A DNA stretch of 64,000 nucleotides from Escherichia phage mogra. The position numbers were made by a program, and so were the translations under genes. Below are positions 28,291 to 39,725 of this stretch, one piece after another. How positions within the stretch are numbered: the first letter of the stretch is position 1; each line of letters begins with the position of its first letter. The notes under the pieces were generated by a model. That model did not search any database, was not told the origin of the DNA, and saw nothing but the letters and a program-made list of their open reading frames with translations. The stretch lies in the sequence record MN850579.1; one strand, written 5' to 3'.

Positions 28291-28870
28291 ATTAGTATTC
28301 GCATGCGCACCGTCTAAAACAGTTGATGATAAACTGGAATATGCTTTTGGATTAGGTGATGGACTTCCATGGAAGCATATCAAACAAGATATGAGTAACT
28401 TTGTTGCTCGCACTAAAAACACTGTAATGGTTATGGGTGCTAAGACTTTTGCATCATTACCTCGTCTACTACCAGATCGTACTCATGTGGTTGTCACTGA
28501 TATGGCCAGAAAACTGCCTAGGACTAAAACTGATGAACTTGCACGGTTCTATATCACCCAATCTGAATTTATTACCTTGGTAACAGGTGGTGAAATTAAC
28601 CTGTTTAGCCCTGCAACTGATGTACCGTTTAAACTTTCTACTGAACATGTTGATGTCTCGGTTATTGGTGGTCCTGCTTTATTAAAACAAGCACTGCCTT
28701 ATGCCGATGAAATCGTGATGACTAAAATCATTAAGAAATGTCGTGTTAATTCCGATGTTCAACTTGATAAAGATTTCGTCCAAGATATTATGCTTCAACG
28801 TTCTATGGTAGAATCTCATTACTACAGAATCGATGAACTCACCGAAATTACTGAGAGCGTTTATAAATGA
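28283..28870 (+). CDS. frd: dihydrofolate reductase (195 aa from ATG 28283)
   Basis: [40 protein letters not shown]... is a DHFR N-terminus; ATGA overlap with td as in T4; T4 Frd is 193 aa as recalled. Confidence 0.8.
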   Translation: [195 protein letters not shown]

Positions 28871-29727
28871 AACAATACCAATACCTGATTAATGATATCC
28901 TAGAAAATGGCTACGAAACAGACGACCGTACAGGCACAGGAACAATTGCCCTGTTCGGAACTAAATTACGTTGGGATCTGACTAAAGGATTCCCTGCGGT
29001 AACAACTAAGAAATTAGCGTGGAAAGCTTGTATTGCCGAGTTACTGTGGTTCATGTCTGGTTCTACCAATGTTAATGATTTGCGTATTCGTACTCATGGT
29101 AGTCTTATTCAAGGTAAAACTATTTGGGACGACAACTATGAAAATCAGGCAAAAGACCTTGGGTATCATAGCGGCGAACTTGGTCCTATTTATGGTAAGC
29201 AATGGCGTGATTTTGGTGGTGTAGACCAATTGGACAAAACTATCGACCGTATTAAAGCTCTTCCTAATGATCGTCGTCAAATAGTTTCTGCATGGAACCC
29301 GGCCGAAATTGACCAAATGGCTCTTCCTCCTTGTCATATGTTCTATCAATTTAATGTGCGTAATGGACATCTTGATTTACAATGGTATCAACGCAGTGTA
29401 GATGTTTTCTTGGGCTTGCCATTCAACATTGCCTCGTACGCTGCCTTGACGCATATTGTAGCGAAGATGTGTAACCTTATCCCAGGTGATTTAGTGTTCT
29501 CAGGCGGCAACACTCATATCTACAGCAATCATGTAGAACAATGCAAAGAAGTTCTTCGTCGTGAACCTAAAGAGTTATGTTCTCTTGAAATTAATTGGCC
29601 TAGTAATTTTGAGAATTGGCCTACAAAAATCCAAATGGACTGGGTTACTGGAACGATGACACATTCTGATTTCGTTCTTAAAAATTACGAATCTCATCCA
29701 ACTATCAAAGCTAAAATGGCGGTATAA
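28867..29727 (+). CDS. td: thymidylate synthase, uninterrupted (286 aa)
   Basis: ...LPPCHMFYQFNV...QRSVDVFLGLPFNIASYA... ThyA active-site motifs; same length as T4 Td; continuous frame, so no group I intron. Confidence 0.92.
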   Translation: MKQYQYLINDILENGYETDDRTGTGTIALFGTKLRWDLTKGFPAVTTKKLAWKACIAELLWFMSGSTNVNDLRIRTHGSLIQGKTIWDDNYENQAKDLGYHSGELGPIYGKQWRDFGGVDQLDKTIDRIKALPNDRRQIVSAWNPAEIDQMALPPCHMFYQFNVRNGHLDLQWYQRSVDVFLGLPFNIASYAALTHIVAKMCNLIPGDLVFSGGNTHIYSNHVEQCKEVLRREPKELCSLEINWPSNFENWPTKIQMDWVTGTMTHSDFVLKNYESHPTIKAKMAV

Positions 29728-29982
29728 ATGATTTTACGTTTTATTAATTCATATGGCACCACAATTTTTGAAATGAAAAATCCTACCGAACTAGATATCC
29801 CTTCACCGAATAGTGAAATCACAGTTAAAGGTGAACGATTCATTTGCTATTCACATGAACGAATTTATGAATATCGTGAATTTTGTGGTGGATTCGGTAT
29901 AGAAAAAGAACCGTTGGTTTATTTCAATATCACAGTCTTGACACCTAAAGAATATGAAGAAATTATTGCTGTGGATAATTAA
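29728..29982 (+). CDS. hypothetical protein (84 aa)
   Basis: ATG directly after the td stop; no motif. Confidence 0.45.
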   Translation: MILRFINSYGTTIFEMKNPTELDIPSPNSEITVKGERFICYSHERIYEYREFCGGFGIEKEPLVYFNITVLTPKEYEEIIAVDN

Positions 29983-30013
29983 CGCTTCAGTTTAAAAGTG
30001 TATAATAAATTAA

Positions 30014-30035
30014 CGGGATAAATACTATCCCGTTT
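30014..30035 (+). other. stem-loop (CGGGATA/TATCCCG) upstream of nrdA
   Basis: 7-bp perfect dyad with 5-nt loop followed by TTT; possible weak terminator or RNA-stability element. Confidence 0.35.
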
Positions 30036-30069
30036 GGAGTAATGTCTATCAACCTATACTGAGGAATAT

Positions 30070-32325
30070 ATGCAAGTAACTAAGAGCAGTGGTGTATCCC
30101 AAAATTTTGATGCACAGAAAATTATTCAAGTCTTAACTTGGCAATGTGAAGGAACACAAATTGACCCATATGAATTGTATGAAGAAATTAAGACCCATCT
30201 TGTCGACGGGATGAGCACCAAAGATATCCAGAAGATTTGTATTAAAGTTGCAGCTAACTCGATTTCTGTCGAAGAACCTGATTATCAGTATGTCGCCGCC
30301 AAAGGGCTAATGTTTGCACTTCGTAAAGATGTATATGGGCAGTTTGAACCGCCTGCTTTTATCGACCATATTTCTTATTGTGTTAATGAAGGCAAATATG
30401 ACCCTGAGCTGTTGTCTCAATATTCAGCAGAAGAAATCATTTATCTCGATTCACAGATTAAACATGAACGAGACTTTGACCTGACTTATGCTGGTGCTAT
30501 GCAGCTTAAAGAAAAATATCTAGTTAAAGATAAAACAACTGGGAAGATTTATGAAACTCCCCAGTTTGCTATCATGGCTATTGGCATGGCCTTACACCAA
30601 GACGAAACTCATGACCGTTTGAAACATATTATTCGTTTTTATAATGCCGTTTCTACTCATCAAGTTTCATTGCCAACCCCAATTATGGCAGGTGCTCGTA
30701 CTCCAACTCGCCAGTTCTCTAGTTGTGTAGTTATTGAAGCCGGTGATTCGTTAAAATCTATTAACAAAACTTCAGCATCAATTATTGAATATATTTCTAA
30801 ACGAGCTGGTATTGGTATCAACGTTGGTATGCTTCGTGCAGAAGGTTCTAAGATCGGTATGGGTGAAGTTCGACATACGGGTGTTATTCCATTCTGGAAA
30901 CATTTCCAAACTGCAGTAAAATCTTGTTCTCAAGGTGGTATTCGTGGTGGTGCTGCTACAGCGTATTATCCGATGTGGCACTTAGAAGTAGAGAACCTAT
31001 TAGTTCTGAAAAATAACAAAGGCGTGGATGAAAACCGTATTCGACATATGGACTACGGAATTCAGATTAATGACCTTATGATGGAACGCCTTGGTAAAAA
31101 TGATTATATTACTTTATTTAGCCCTCACGAAATGTCAGGCGAACTATACTACTCGTTCTTTGAAGATCAAGATAAATTCCGTGAGCTTTATGAGAAAGCT
31201 GAAAAAGACCCAACAATCAGAAAGAAAAGAATCAAAGCACTAGAACTCTTTGAATTGTTCATGACTGAACGCTCTGGTACTGCTCGAATTTATCCGCAGT
31301 TTGTTGATAACACGAATAACTACACTCCGTTTATTCGTGAAAAAGCTCCAATTCGTCAGAGTAACTTATGTTGTGAAATCGCTATTCCAACTAATGATGT
31401 GAATGGTCCTGATGCTGAAATTGGTTTATGCACATTATCTGCTTTTGTATTAGATAAATTTGATTGGCAAGACCAAGATAAAATTAATGAACTTGCTGAA
31501 GTACAAGTACGTGCACTTGATAACCTGTTAGACTATCAAGATTATCCAGTTCCAGAAGCTTTAAAAGCTAAAAAGCGTCGTAATCTTGGTGTTGGTGTTA
31601 CGAACTATGCTGCATGGTTAGCTTCTAACTTTGCTTCATATGAAGACGCTAACGATTTGACTCATGAATTGTTTGAGAGATTGCAATATGGCCTTATCAA
31701 AGCTTCAATCAAACTCGCCAAAGAAAAAGGACGTTGCGAGTATTATTCAGACACTAAATGGTCTCGAGGCGAATTACCTATCGACTGGTACAATAAAAAA
31801 ATTGACCAAATCGCAGCCCCGAACTACGTCTGTGACTGGGAAGAACTTCGAGCTGAACTCAAAGAACATGGAATTCGTAACTCAACGTTGTCTGCACTCA
31901 TGCCTTGTGAGTCAAGCAGTCAAGTATCAAACTCTACAAACGGGATTGAGCCACCGCGTGGTCCAGTAAGTATTAAAGAATCTAAAGAAGGCAACTTCCG
32001 ACAGGTTGTTCCTAATATCGAACATAACATGAGTCTTTACGACTACGCGTGGAAACTTGCTAAGAAAGGTAATAAACCTTATTTGACCCAAGTTGCTATC
32101 ATGTTGAAATGGGTGTGCCAATCTGCTTCTGCTAATACTTACTATGACCCTGCAGTATTTGAGAAAGGTAAAGTGCCAATGTCAGTAATGCTTGACGATC
32201 TGCTTTACTTCTGGTACTTTGGCGGAAAAAACCTCTACTATCATAACACTCGTGATGGGTCTGGTACAGACGACTATGAATTAGAAACACCTAAAGCCGA
32301 TGATTGTGCAGCGTGTAAATTGTAA
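30070..32325 (+). CDS. nrdA: ribonucleotide reductase large subunit (751 aa)
   Basis: Class Ia NrdA features (N-terminal ATP-cone, ...NLCCEIA... active-site cysteines, C-terminal CxxC); T4 NrdA 754 aa as recalled. Confidence 0.92.
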   Translation: MQVTKSSGVSQNFDAQKIIQVLTWQCEGTQIDPYELYEEIKTHLVDGMSTKDIQKICIKVAANSISVEEPDYQYVAAKGLMFALRKDVYGQFEPPAFIDHISYCVNEGKYDPELLSQYSAEEIIYLDSQIKHERDFDLTYAGAMQLKEKYLVKDKTTGKIYETPQFAIMAIGMALHQDETHDRLKHIIRFYNAVSTHQVSLPTPIMAGARTPTRQFSSCVVIEAGDSLKSINKTSASIIEYISKRAGIGINVGMLRAEGSKIGMGEVRHTGVIPFWKHFQTAVKSCSQGGIRGGAATAYYPMWHLEVENLLVLKNNKGVDENRIRHMDYGIQINDLMMERLGKNDYITLFSPHEMSGELYYSFFEDQDKFRELYEKAEKDPTIRKKRIKALELFELFMTERSGTARIYPQFVDNTNNYTPFIREKAPIRQSNLCCEIAIPTNDVNGPDAEIGLCTLSAFVLDKFDWQDQDKINELAEVQVRALDNLLDYQDYPVPEALKAKKRRNLGVGVTNYAAWLASNFASYEDANDLTHELFERLQYGLIKASIKLAKEKGRCEYYSDTKWSRGELPIDWYNKKIDQIAAPNYVCDWEELRAELKEHGIRNSTLSALMPCESSSQVSNSTNGIEPPRGPVSIKESKEGNFRQVVPNIEHNMSLYDYAWKLAKKGNKPYLTQVAIMLKWVCQSASANTYYDPAVFEKGKVPMSVMLDDLLYFWYFGGKNLYYHNTRDGSGTDDYELETPKADDCAACKL

Positions 32326-33023
32326 TGAATTATCAAAAAATCTATAACGACCTAATTTCCCGAGCTCAGGCTCGGGAACCTTTATCCGAATATAAAGAGA
32401 CACATCATATAGTCCCTAAATGCATGGGAGGTTCTGATGATAAAGAAAATTTAGTTGAATTAACAGCTAGAGAACATTTTATAGCGCATGCTATTTTATC
32501 AAAGATTTATCCGGTAAAATCTGTTATATTCGCATTTTTCATGATGTGCAATATGAAAGGAACTAAGAAACGTCATTATAAAGTTCATTCTAAAATATAT
32601 GCCCATGCAAAGAAGTTAAATTCGCAATTTCGCAAAGGTACGGTCATTTCTGAAGAAACGAGACTGAAAATATCAAAAGCGAAAACAGGTCTGCGTTTAA
32701 CAGAAGAAACCAAACACAAAATATCGGCGGCAACCAAAGGAAGGGCTAAAAGCGAAGAAACTAAGAAAAAGATGAGAAAGCCTAAAACTGAAGAAGCTAA
32801 AAAGAATATAGCTGCTGCTAAAGTTGGCGTGCTTAATCCGATGTATGGTACAATTTCTCCGACAAGAGATGTTCCTCATACTAAAGAAACTCGTGATTTG
32901 ATTTCTTTGAGAACTAAACAAGGAGCAGAGTATCCACCTTGCCCGCATTGTGGCAAGAAAGTTAATAAAGGCAATGCTCTAAGATGGCATTATGATAAAT
33001 GTAAATTTAAGGATTCTAAATGA
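32325..33023 (+). CDS. mobE: HNH homing endonuclease with NUMOD3-like repeats and C-terminal Zn-ribbon (232 aa), at the T4 mobE locus
   Basis: HNH core ...ETHHIVPKCMGGSDDKENLVELTAREHFIAH...; repeated EET(R/K)xKIS modules; CPHCGKKVNKGNALRWHYDKC; inserted between nrdA and nrdB with start/stop overlaps (TAATG, ATGA). Confidence 0.75.
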   Translation: MNYQKIYNDLISRAQAREPLSEYKETHHIVPKCMGGSDDKENLVELTAREHFIAHAILSKIYPVKSVIFAFFMMCNMKGTKKRHYKVHSKIYAHAKKLNSQFRKGTVISEETRLKISKAKTGLRLTEETKHKISAATKGRAKSEETKKKMRKPKTEEAKKNIAAAKVGVLNPMYGTISPTRDVPHTKETRDLISLRTKQGAEYPPCPHCGKKVNKGNALRWHYDKCKFKDSK

Positions 33024-34159
33024 GTACAGTTTTTAATACAAATCCAGTTGATGTTTTGAATGAACCGATGTTCTTTGGTTCTGGATTAGGTTTAGCTCGA
33101 TATGATATTCAACGACATCGAGTATTTGAAGAACTCATTGAGCGGCAACTCTCGTTCTTTTGGCGTCCCGAGGAAGTAAACTTGATGTTGGACTCTGCGC
33201 AGTTCAATAAGCTTCCTCAGTTCCAACAGGACATCTTTACAAACAATCTTAAGTATCAATCATTATTAGATTCTATCCAAGGCAGAGCCCCATCTGCGGT
33301 ACTTATGGCACTGATTTCCGACCCTTCATTAGATACGTGGGTTGCAACATGGACATTCAGTGAAACTATTCACTCTCGTTCATATACTCATATTATGCGA
33401 AATCTTTATACCGATCCATCCAAAGTATTTGATGAGATTGTATTAGACGAAGCAATAATGAAACGAGCTGAATCAATAGGTAAATATTACGATGATGTTC
33501 TAGTCAAGACTCGCCTTTACCAGAATGCTTTAGAAGAATATCACGAGTTTAGCGAAGGCGTAAAACAGGCTAAATACGAACTAATGCGTTCTCTTTACCT
33601 CTGTCTGCACGTAATCAACGCTCTGGAAGCTATTCGTTTTTACGTATCATTTGCATGTACTTTCAACTTCCATAAAAATATGGAAATTATGGAAGGTAAC
33701 GCAAAGATTATGAAGTTCATTGCTCGTGACGAACAACTCCACCTCAAGGGTACTCAATACATTATCCGTCAACTTCAATCTGGTACTGATGGTGATGAGT
33801 GGGTTCAAATTGCTAAAGAATGCGAACAAGAAGCAGTTGATATTTTTATGGAAGTAAATAGACAAGAGAAGGAATGGGCTGCACACCTCTTTAAAGACGG
33901 TACATGCCCAGGTATCAATACGCAGAGTATGTGTGCTTTTGTTGATTACTTGACTGTGTCTCGTATGAAACAGTGCGGTTTGCCATGCCCAATCACTGAT
34001 GCTCCGACCAAGCATCCGTATCCTTGGATTCGTGAATATCTGAACTCTGATTTAGTTCAAGCAGCTCCTCAGGAAGTTGAAATCAGTTCTTATCTTGTCG
34101 CACAAATTGATAATGATGTAGACCAAAATGTAATCAATTCATACAAAAAATATTTCTAA
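33020..34159 (+). CDS. nrdB: ribonucleotide reductase small subunit, uninterrupted (379 aa)
   Basis: Di-iron/tyrosyl-radical R2 family by position and size; continuous frame (T4 nrdB carries a group I intron). Confidence 0.9.
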   Translation: MSTVFNTNPVDVLNEPMFFGSGLGLARYDIQRHRVFEELIERQLSFFWRPEEVNLMLDSAQFNKLPQFQQDIFTNNLKYQSLLDSIQGRAPSAVLMALISDPSLDTWVATWTFSETIHSRSYTHIMRNLYTDPSKVFDEIVLDEAIMKRAESIGKYYDDVLVKTRLYQNALEEYHEFSEGVKQAKYELMRSLYLCLHVINALEAIRFYVSFACTFNFHKNMEIMEGNAKIMKFIARDEQLHLKGTQYIIRQLQSGTDGDEWVQIAKECEQEAVDIFMEVNRQEKEWAAHLFKDGTCPGINTQSMCAFVDYLTVSRMKQCGLPCPITDAPTKHPYPWIREYLNSDLVQAAPQEVEISSYLVAQIDNDVDQNVINSYKKYF

Positions 34160-34163
34160 GGAC

Positions 34164-34177
34164 GGGACTTCGGTCCC
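34164..34177 (+). other. UUCG-loop hairpin (GGGACTTCGGTCCC) between nrdB and denA
   Basis: Perfect hairpin 5 nt after the nrdB stop; followed by ACTTTATT (poor T-run), so more likely an RNA-stabilising or attenuating element than a strong terminator. Confidence 0.45.
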
Positions 34178-34185
34178 ACTTTATT

Positions 34186-34596
34186 ATGAAAGATATCGCC
34201 GCCGAATATTCCTTTATTAAATATACAGAATTGGAGCTATTAGAAGATGCAACAATTAAAACAGTTGATGTCCCTAATAAGAAAAATGTCATATATGCTA
34301 TTGCTATAGATGACGAACTTGTGTATATTGGTAAAACCAAGAATTTAAAGAAACGCATTAACTATTATCGAACAGCCATAAATCGAAAAGACCAGACTTC
34401 AGATTCAAGAAAATCACTTATGATTTTGGATGCCTTAATGCAAGGCAAAAAGGTTGAATTCTGGGCCCGCCAATGTTTTGACCTTTCAGTCACCAACGAA
34501 CTTGGTTCAATGACCATCGCAACAATGGACCTTGAAGAACCGCTTTTTATCAAAAAGTTCAACCCGCCTTGGAATATCCAACATAAGAAAAAGTAG
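34186..34596 (+). CDS. denA: endonuclease II, GIY-YIG family (136 aa)
   Basis: MKDIAAEYSFIKYTELEL...VIYAIAIDDELVYIGKTKNLKKRINYYR...FIKKFNPPWNIQHKKK matches recalled T4 DenA (136 aa) including the GIY-YIG motif. Confidence 0.88.
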   Translation: MKDIAAEYSFIKYTELELLEDATIKTVDVPNKKNVIYAIAIDDELVYIGKTKNLKKRINYYRTAINRKDQTSDSRKSLMILDALMQGKKVEFWARQCFDLSVTNELGSMTIATMDLEEPLFIKKFNPPWNIQHKKK

Positions 34597-34625
34597 TTTA
34601 CATACCACAAGGATTGTGGTACAAT
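34596..34625 (+). promoter_or_regulatory. T4-type early promoter for rnlA with spacer dyad
   Basis: GTTTAC at 34596-34601, TACAAT at 34620-34625, dyad CCACAA/TTGTGG in the spacer. Confidence 0.55.
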
Positions 34626-34642
34626 TTAAAAAAACTAACTGA

Positions 34643-35776
<1,134 letters not shown>

Positions 35777-35778
35777 TG

Positions 35779-35808
35779 GTTTACAAACACCAAGGATGGT
35801 GTTACTAT
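35779..35808 (+). promoter_or_regulatory. T4-type early promoter with spacer dyad
   Basis: GTTTAC at 35779-35784, TACTAT at 35803-35808, dyad ACACC/GGTGT; the element lies inside the 5' extension of the track ORF 35776. Confidence 0.55.
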
Positions 35809-35838
35809 GGTTTTTATCAACAACACGAGGAGAAAATT

Positions 35839-36339
35839 ATGAATATGCAATTGATTACTAACGATATGGTTGTGGCGGCATTTGGTGATTCTACAGATGG
35901 AATCCGGGTCTTTAAGAAAGGCCGTGCAGTTGGTTATCTTACGGACCTACGTGTTACACTAGCGAAAAATGCTAAAAAGAAGTTAAAGCAAAAGGAATAT
36001 TCAACACGTTACACCGAAGAGAAACGTGAAGCGATGCCGGAAGCAGTTAATGCTATGGTAGAATTTCTTCAAAACAATTTGACTAAATATGACGCTAATG
36101 TGTTCATTAATATTAGTCAACCAAACGTACATATCTCAGGTATAAAATTCTACATTATTTGCGACCCTCTTACCGACAAATTCAACCGTCTCGGAATCTC
36201 AAGTCCATATCATACAGCAGAAGAGCTGTGTGTAATGTTTGAGACCTACAAAATCCAAACTGATGGGCCTAAAACAGTTCTTATCAATGGATTATCCCGA
36301 GATGAAATCATTGAGATTATTAAAACATGCTTAAAGTAA
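35839..36339 (+). CDS. hypothetical protein (166 aa from ATG 35839); positional and size candidate for Alc-like host transcription inhibitor
   Basis: ACGAGGAGAAAATT RBS plus ATG at 35839 downstream of an early promoter; T4 has alc (167 aa as recalled) between rnlA and the pseT.3/pseT.2 spanin genes. No sequence-level confirmation. Confidence 0.35.
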   Translation: MNMQLITNDMVVAAFGDSTDGIRVFKKGRAVGYLTDLRVTLAKNAKKKLKQKEYSTRYTEEKREAMPEAVNAMVEFLQNNLTKYDANVFINISQPNVHISGIKFYIICDPLTDKFNRLGISSPYHTAEELCVMFETYKIQTDGPKTVLINGLSRDEIIEIIKTCLK

Positions 36340-36683
36340 ATCCGATTTACGCTATAGTAGCAGCTTTTGCTCTAGTTTCTACGATAACAATAGTTGTCTT
36401 AAACAACAAAGTTGATTCGTTGAATACTGAATTAGCTTCTGTCAAAGAGACCGCTAAAAACAATGCTAAAGTATTAGACGACTTCAAAGTTCAATATCAG
36501 TCAATCGAAGAAATGACTTATAAGAATCGTGTTTTAGTTGACCAACTTAAGGCTGAAAATGAAAAGCTCCGTAAGGATTCGAAGAAGAAGAACGTGGTGG
36601 CAAGTAAACCAGGATTGGTCGAAAAACAAATCAACAGGTCCTTCGATTCCTTTGCAGAAGACCTCAGGAAGCTCTCAGAATGA
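36327..36683 (+). CDS. i-spanin (Rz-like; T4 pseT.3 equivalent), 118 aa
   Basis: N-terminal TM helix (IYAIVAAFALVSTITIVVL) followed by a charged coiled-coil-type periplasmic domain; immediately upstream of a lipoprotein ORF. Confidence 0.6.
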   Translation: MLKVNPIYAIVAAFALVSTITIVVLNNKVDSLNTELASVKETAKNNAKVLDDFKVQYQSIEEMTYKNRVLVDQLKAENEKLRKDSKKKNVVASKPGLVEKQINRSFDSFAEDLRKLSE

Positions 36684-36970
36684 TTAAATTAACCGCAGTT
36701 GTATTATCTATTGGCATTTTGGCTGGATGTGCCCAGGATGTGCCCTTAAGCCCTAAAGAAACTTTACATCCGCCATGGCCTGAATCTATTGCTGAATATA
36801 ACCAGAAATGGCAAGTAAAGGTTATTGATGGTAATCCATGGGTTGGAATGCCATTTGAAGACTCTCAAGAATTTCGTATCTGGTTAAACGACGTAAAAAG
36901 ATATATACATGACCAGAAGACTATGTTATGTTATTATCGTAGTGGTTTAAAAGAGGAAAAATGCCAATGA
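36680..36970 (+). CDS. o-spanin lipoprotein (Rz1-like; T4 pseT.2 equivalent), 96 aa
   Basis: Signal peptide with lipobox ...SIGILAGC-AQD..., proline-rich mature part (PLSPKETLHPPWPE); ATGA overlap with the i-spanin gene. Confidence 0.6.
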   Translation: MIKLTAVVLSIGILAGCAQDVPLSPKETLHPPWPESIAEYNQKWQVKVIDGNPWVGMPFEDSQEFRIWLNDVKRYIHDQKTMLCYYRSGLKEEKCQ

Positions 36971-37185
36971 CTAAAGAACAGTATGAATACATTAAAGGGC
37001 TTATCTATGAATCTGAAATGGCGGCTATGATTTATGGGCGTCAGATTCAACGATTAGAATCTTTGCCTCCGACTAATGACCGCTTGTTAGTTCAGTCTCG
37101 TGCTAATCTGAAAAATGAATATCAGAATAAGTGGGCAGTAGCGACTAAAGCTCTTCATGAGTATATTGAATCTTTAGTAAAATAG
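36961..37185 (+). CDS. hypothetical protein (74 aa)
   Basis: ORF overlapping the o-spanin stop; no motif. Confidence 0.45.
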   Translation: MPMTKEQYEYIKGLIYESEMAAMIYGRQIQRLESLPPTNDRLLVQSRANLKNEYQNKWAVATKALHEYIESLVK

Positions 37186-37219
37186 TTTACAAACTCTCGG
37201 GAGCAGAGTATAATGCTCC
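37185..37219 (+). promoter_or_regulatory. early promoter with TATAAT inside a stem-loop (near-copy of the 8583 element)
   Basis: GTTTACAAACTCT...GGAGCAGAGTATAATGCTCC: GTTTAC at 37185-37190, TATAAT at 37209-37214, dyad GGAGCA/TGCTCC. Confidence 0.6.
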
Positions 37220-37242
37220 TATGGATAATTGAGGAAATCTAA

Positions 37243-37541
37243 ATGAAAACATTACTAGAGAATTACATCAAACGGTCGGATGAGTATATTGATATCTGTC
37301 GTGGAATGTCACTTGACAATTGTGACGAAGATGCAGCAAAGGCACTAGATGAAGCAGGTAAAGCTCTTCGTAAAGCTGCTAAAGAAAAAGGGTTGGATTT
37401 GCAACAACTCAAAAGTCATATGATTAAATTTATTTCTTCAAACGTTAGAAGCACGTCAATTAATAAAAACGTTGCTGAAATTAATAAAGACCGGCGCGAG
37501 CATAACATTCGTATTCTTGAAACTTTCTTAGGAATAAAATA

Positions 37542-37542
<1 letters not shown>
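37243..37542 (+). CDS. hypothetical protein (99 aa)
   Basis: ATG with GAGGAAA RBS downstream of an early promoter. Confidence 0.5.
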
Positions 37543-38628
<1,086 letters not shown>

Positions 38629-38629
<1 letters not shown>

Positions 38630-38820
38630 TGAAACGATTATATGAAGTGATTGAGGCCATCGAACAGCATAAAGAATATTTGTTTGTAGCCTGGCCTTTA
38701 GTAAATGGACAGTTCGGTATTGATGTGCTGGACTATGAGCATGAAGAACGTTTGGACGGCGGTATATTTGATAACGTCGACCAGGCAATTGAATGGTTAA
38801 ATGAAAACTATGTACGATAA
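38629..38820 (+). CDS. hypothetical protein (63 aa)
   Basis: ORF coupled to the pseT stop. Confidence 0.4.
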
Positions 38821-39025
38821 ACATCATGAAATCGAAGATGAAGCATACAAAATGCTTCGTAAACTAGTGGGACTTAATATGAGTCCTACATTAATAAACA
38901 AACTCGCAGGAATTCGTAATGATCTGAATACTCGTTACAAAGGCGAATATCATGTAGAGTTTGTTCCTGTAGGTGAACCGACCGAGCGATTTGTTGTTCG
39001 AGTTAAAGTAAATACTGTACACTGA
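38801..39025 (+). CDS. hypothetical protein (74 aa)
   Basis: ORF from the track; overlaps the upstream ORF by 20 nt, so the true start may be internal. Confidence 0.4.
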   Translation: MKTMYDKHHEIEDEAYKMLRKLVGLNMSPTLINKLAGIRNDLNTRYKGEYHVEFVPVGEPTERFVVRVKVNTVH

Positions 39026-39032
39026 GGTAATT

Positions 39033-39308
39033 ATGTTCCCAACTTATTCTGAAATTGTAAAGGTAGTCTTCAGTCAGATTATTGCTAATAATATGTTTGA
39101 AGTGCTTGATAATGCAGCCGAACTCAGAGTTCATGCTCAACTAACTCATGTACTCAATGTTTTGCTCCCAGACCAAGTAGATTCTATTGCTATTACTCTT
39201 CTCCCTGGGTCTGCACACGCCATAGTGGTATTTGATCTTGACGGCGATTTAGTTATCCAATGTGATATCAATTTCAGTACACAAAAAATTGAATGCAAAG
39301 CAATTTAA
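39033..39308 (+). CDS. hypothetical protein (91 aa)
   Basis: ATG with GAGG RBS; no motif. Confidence 0.45.
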   Translation: MFPTYSEIVKVVFSQIIANNMFEVLDNAAELRVHAQLTHVLNVLLPDQVDSIAITLLPGSAHAIVVFDLDGDLVIQCDINFSTQKIECKAI

Positions 39309-39310
39309 TG

Positions 39311-39349
39311 GTTTACAACATGGTGGAGTTGTGATACTATAACTCTACC
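39311..39349 (+). promoter_or_regulatory. early promoter with dyad symmetry
   Basis: GTTTAC at 39311-39316, TACTAT at 39335-39340, imperfect 9-bp dyad GGTGGAGTT/AACTCTACC. Confidence 0.55.
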
Positions 39350-39368
39350 AACAAATGAGGAAATAGAA

Positions 39369-39605
39369 ATGCTAAGTGAAAACCCAATTACAGTACACGA
39401 ATTTCAGATTAAAGTAAAAGAATTTGCTCAAGCACTCATCAATAAAGTGTCTGAACGTTTCCAAGATGCATCATTACGAGTTATTCAAGAATCTCCACGT
39501 TCTTTTCTCATAATCGTTAATCCTAAAGATGGTGACCAAATTACTAATCTTAAATTAGGCAGTGATGGTCTTGTTGAAGCAACTCGAGTATACGGAACAC
39601 TATAA
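39369..39605 (+). CDS. hypothetical protein (78 aa)
   Basis: ATG with GAGGAAA RBS downstream of an early promoter. Confidence 0.5.
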   Translation: MLSENPITVHEFQIKVKEFAQALINKVSERFQDASLRVIQESPRSFLIIVNPKDGDQITNLKLGSDGLVEATRVYGTL

Positions 39606-39725
39606 TGAGAGCTATCTCATTACTATCAAGAATGGTCATAAATCTGAGCACTACCAACTTAGCCTGTCTAATCCGGTTAAAGGTATTGTTGAATCAGAAT
39701 CTGTTTATATCTCCTAAGGATTGTT

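Noticed and set aside
28867-29727. Group I intron in td (and in nrdB 33020-34159), as in T4
   Set aside because: Both reading frames are continuous and give full-length proteins (286 and 379 aa); there is no interruption of the size expected for an intron with an embedded homing endonuclease.
30032-30060. Sigma-70-like promoter GTTTGG-17-TATACT upstream of nrdA
   Set aside because: The -10 hexamer ends 9 nt before the nrdA ATG, so the transcript would lack the GAGGA RBS; probably a chance match, with nrdA transcribed from further upstream.
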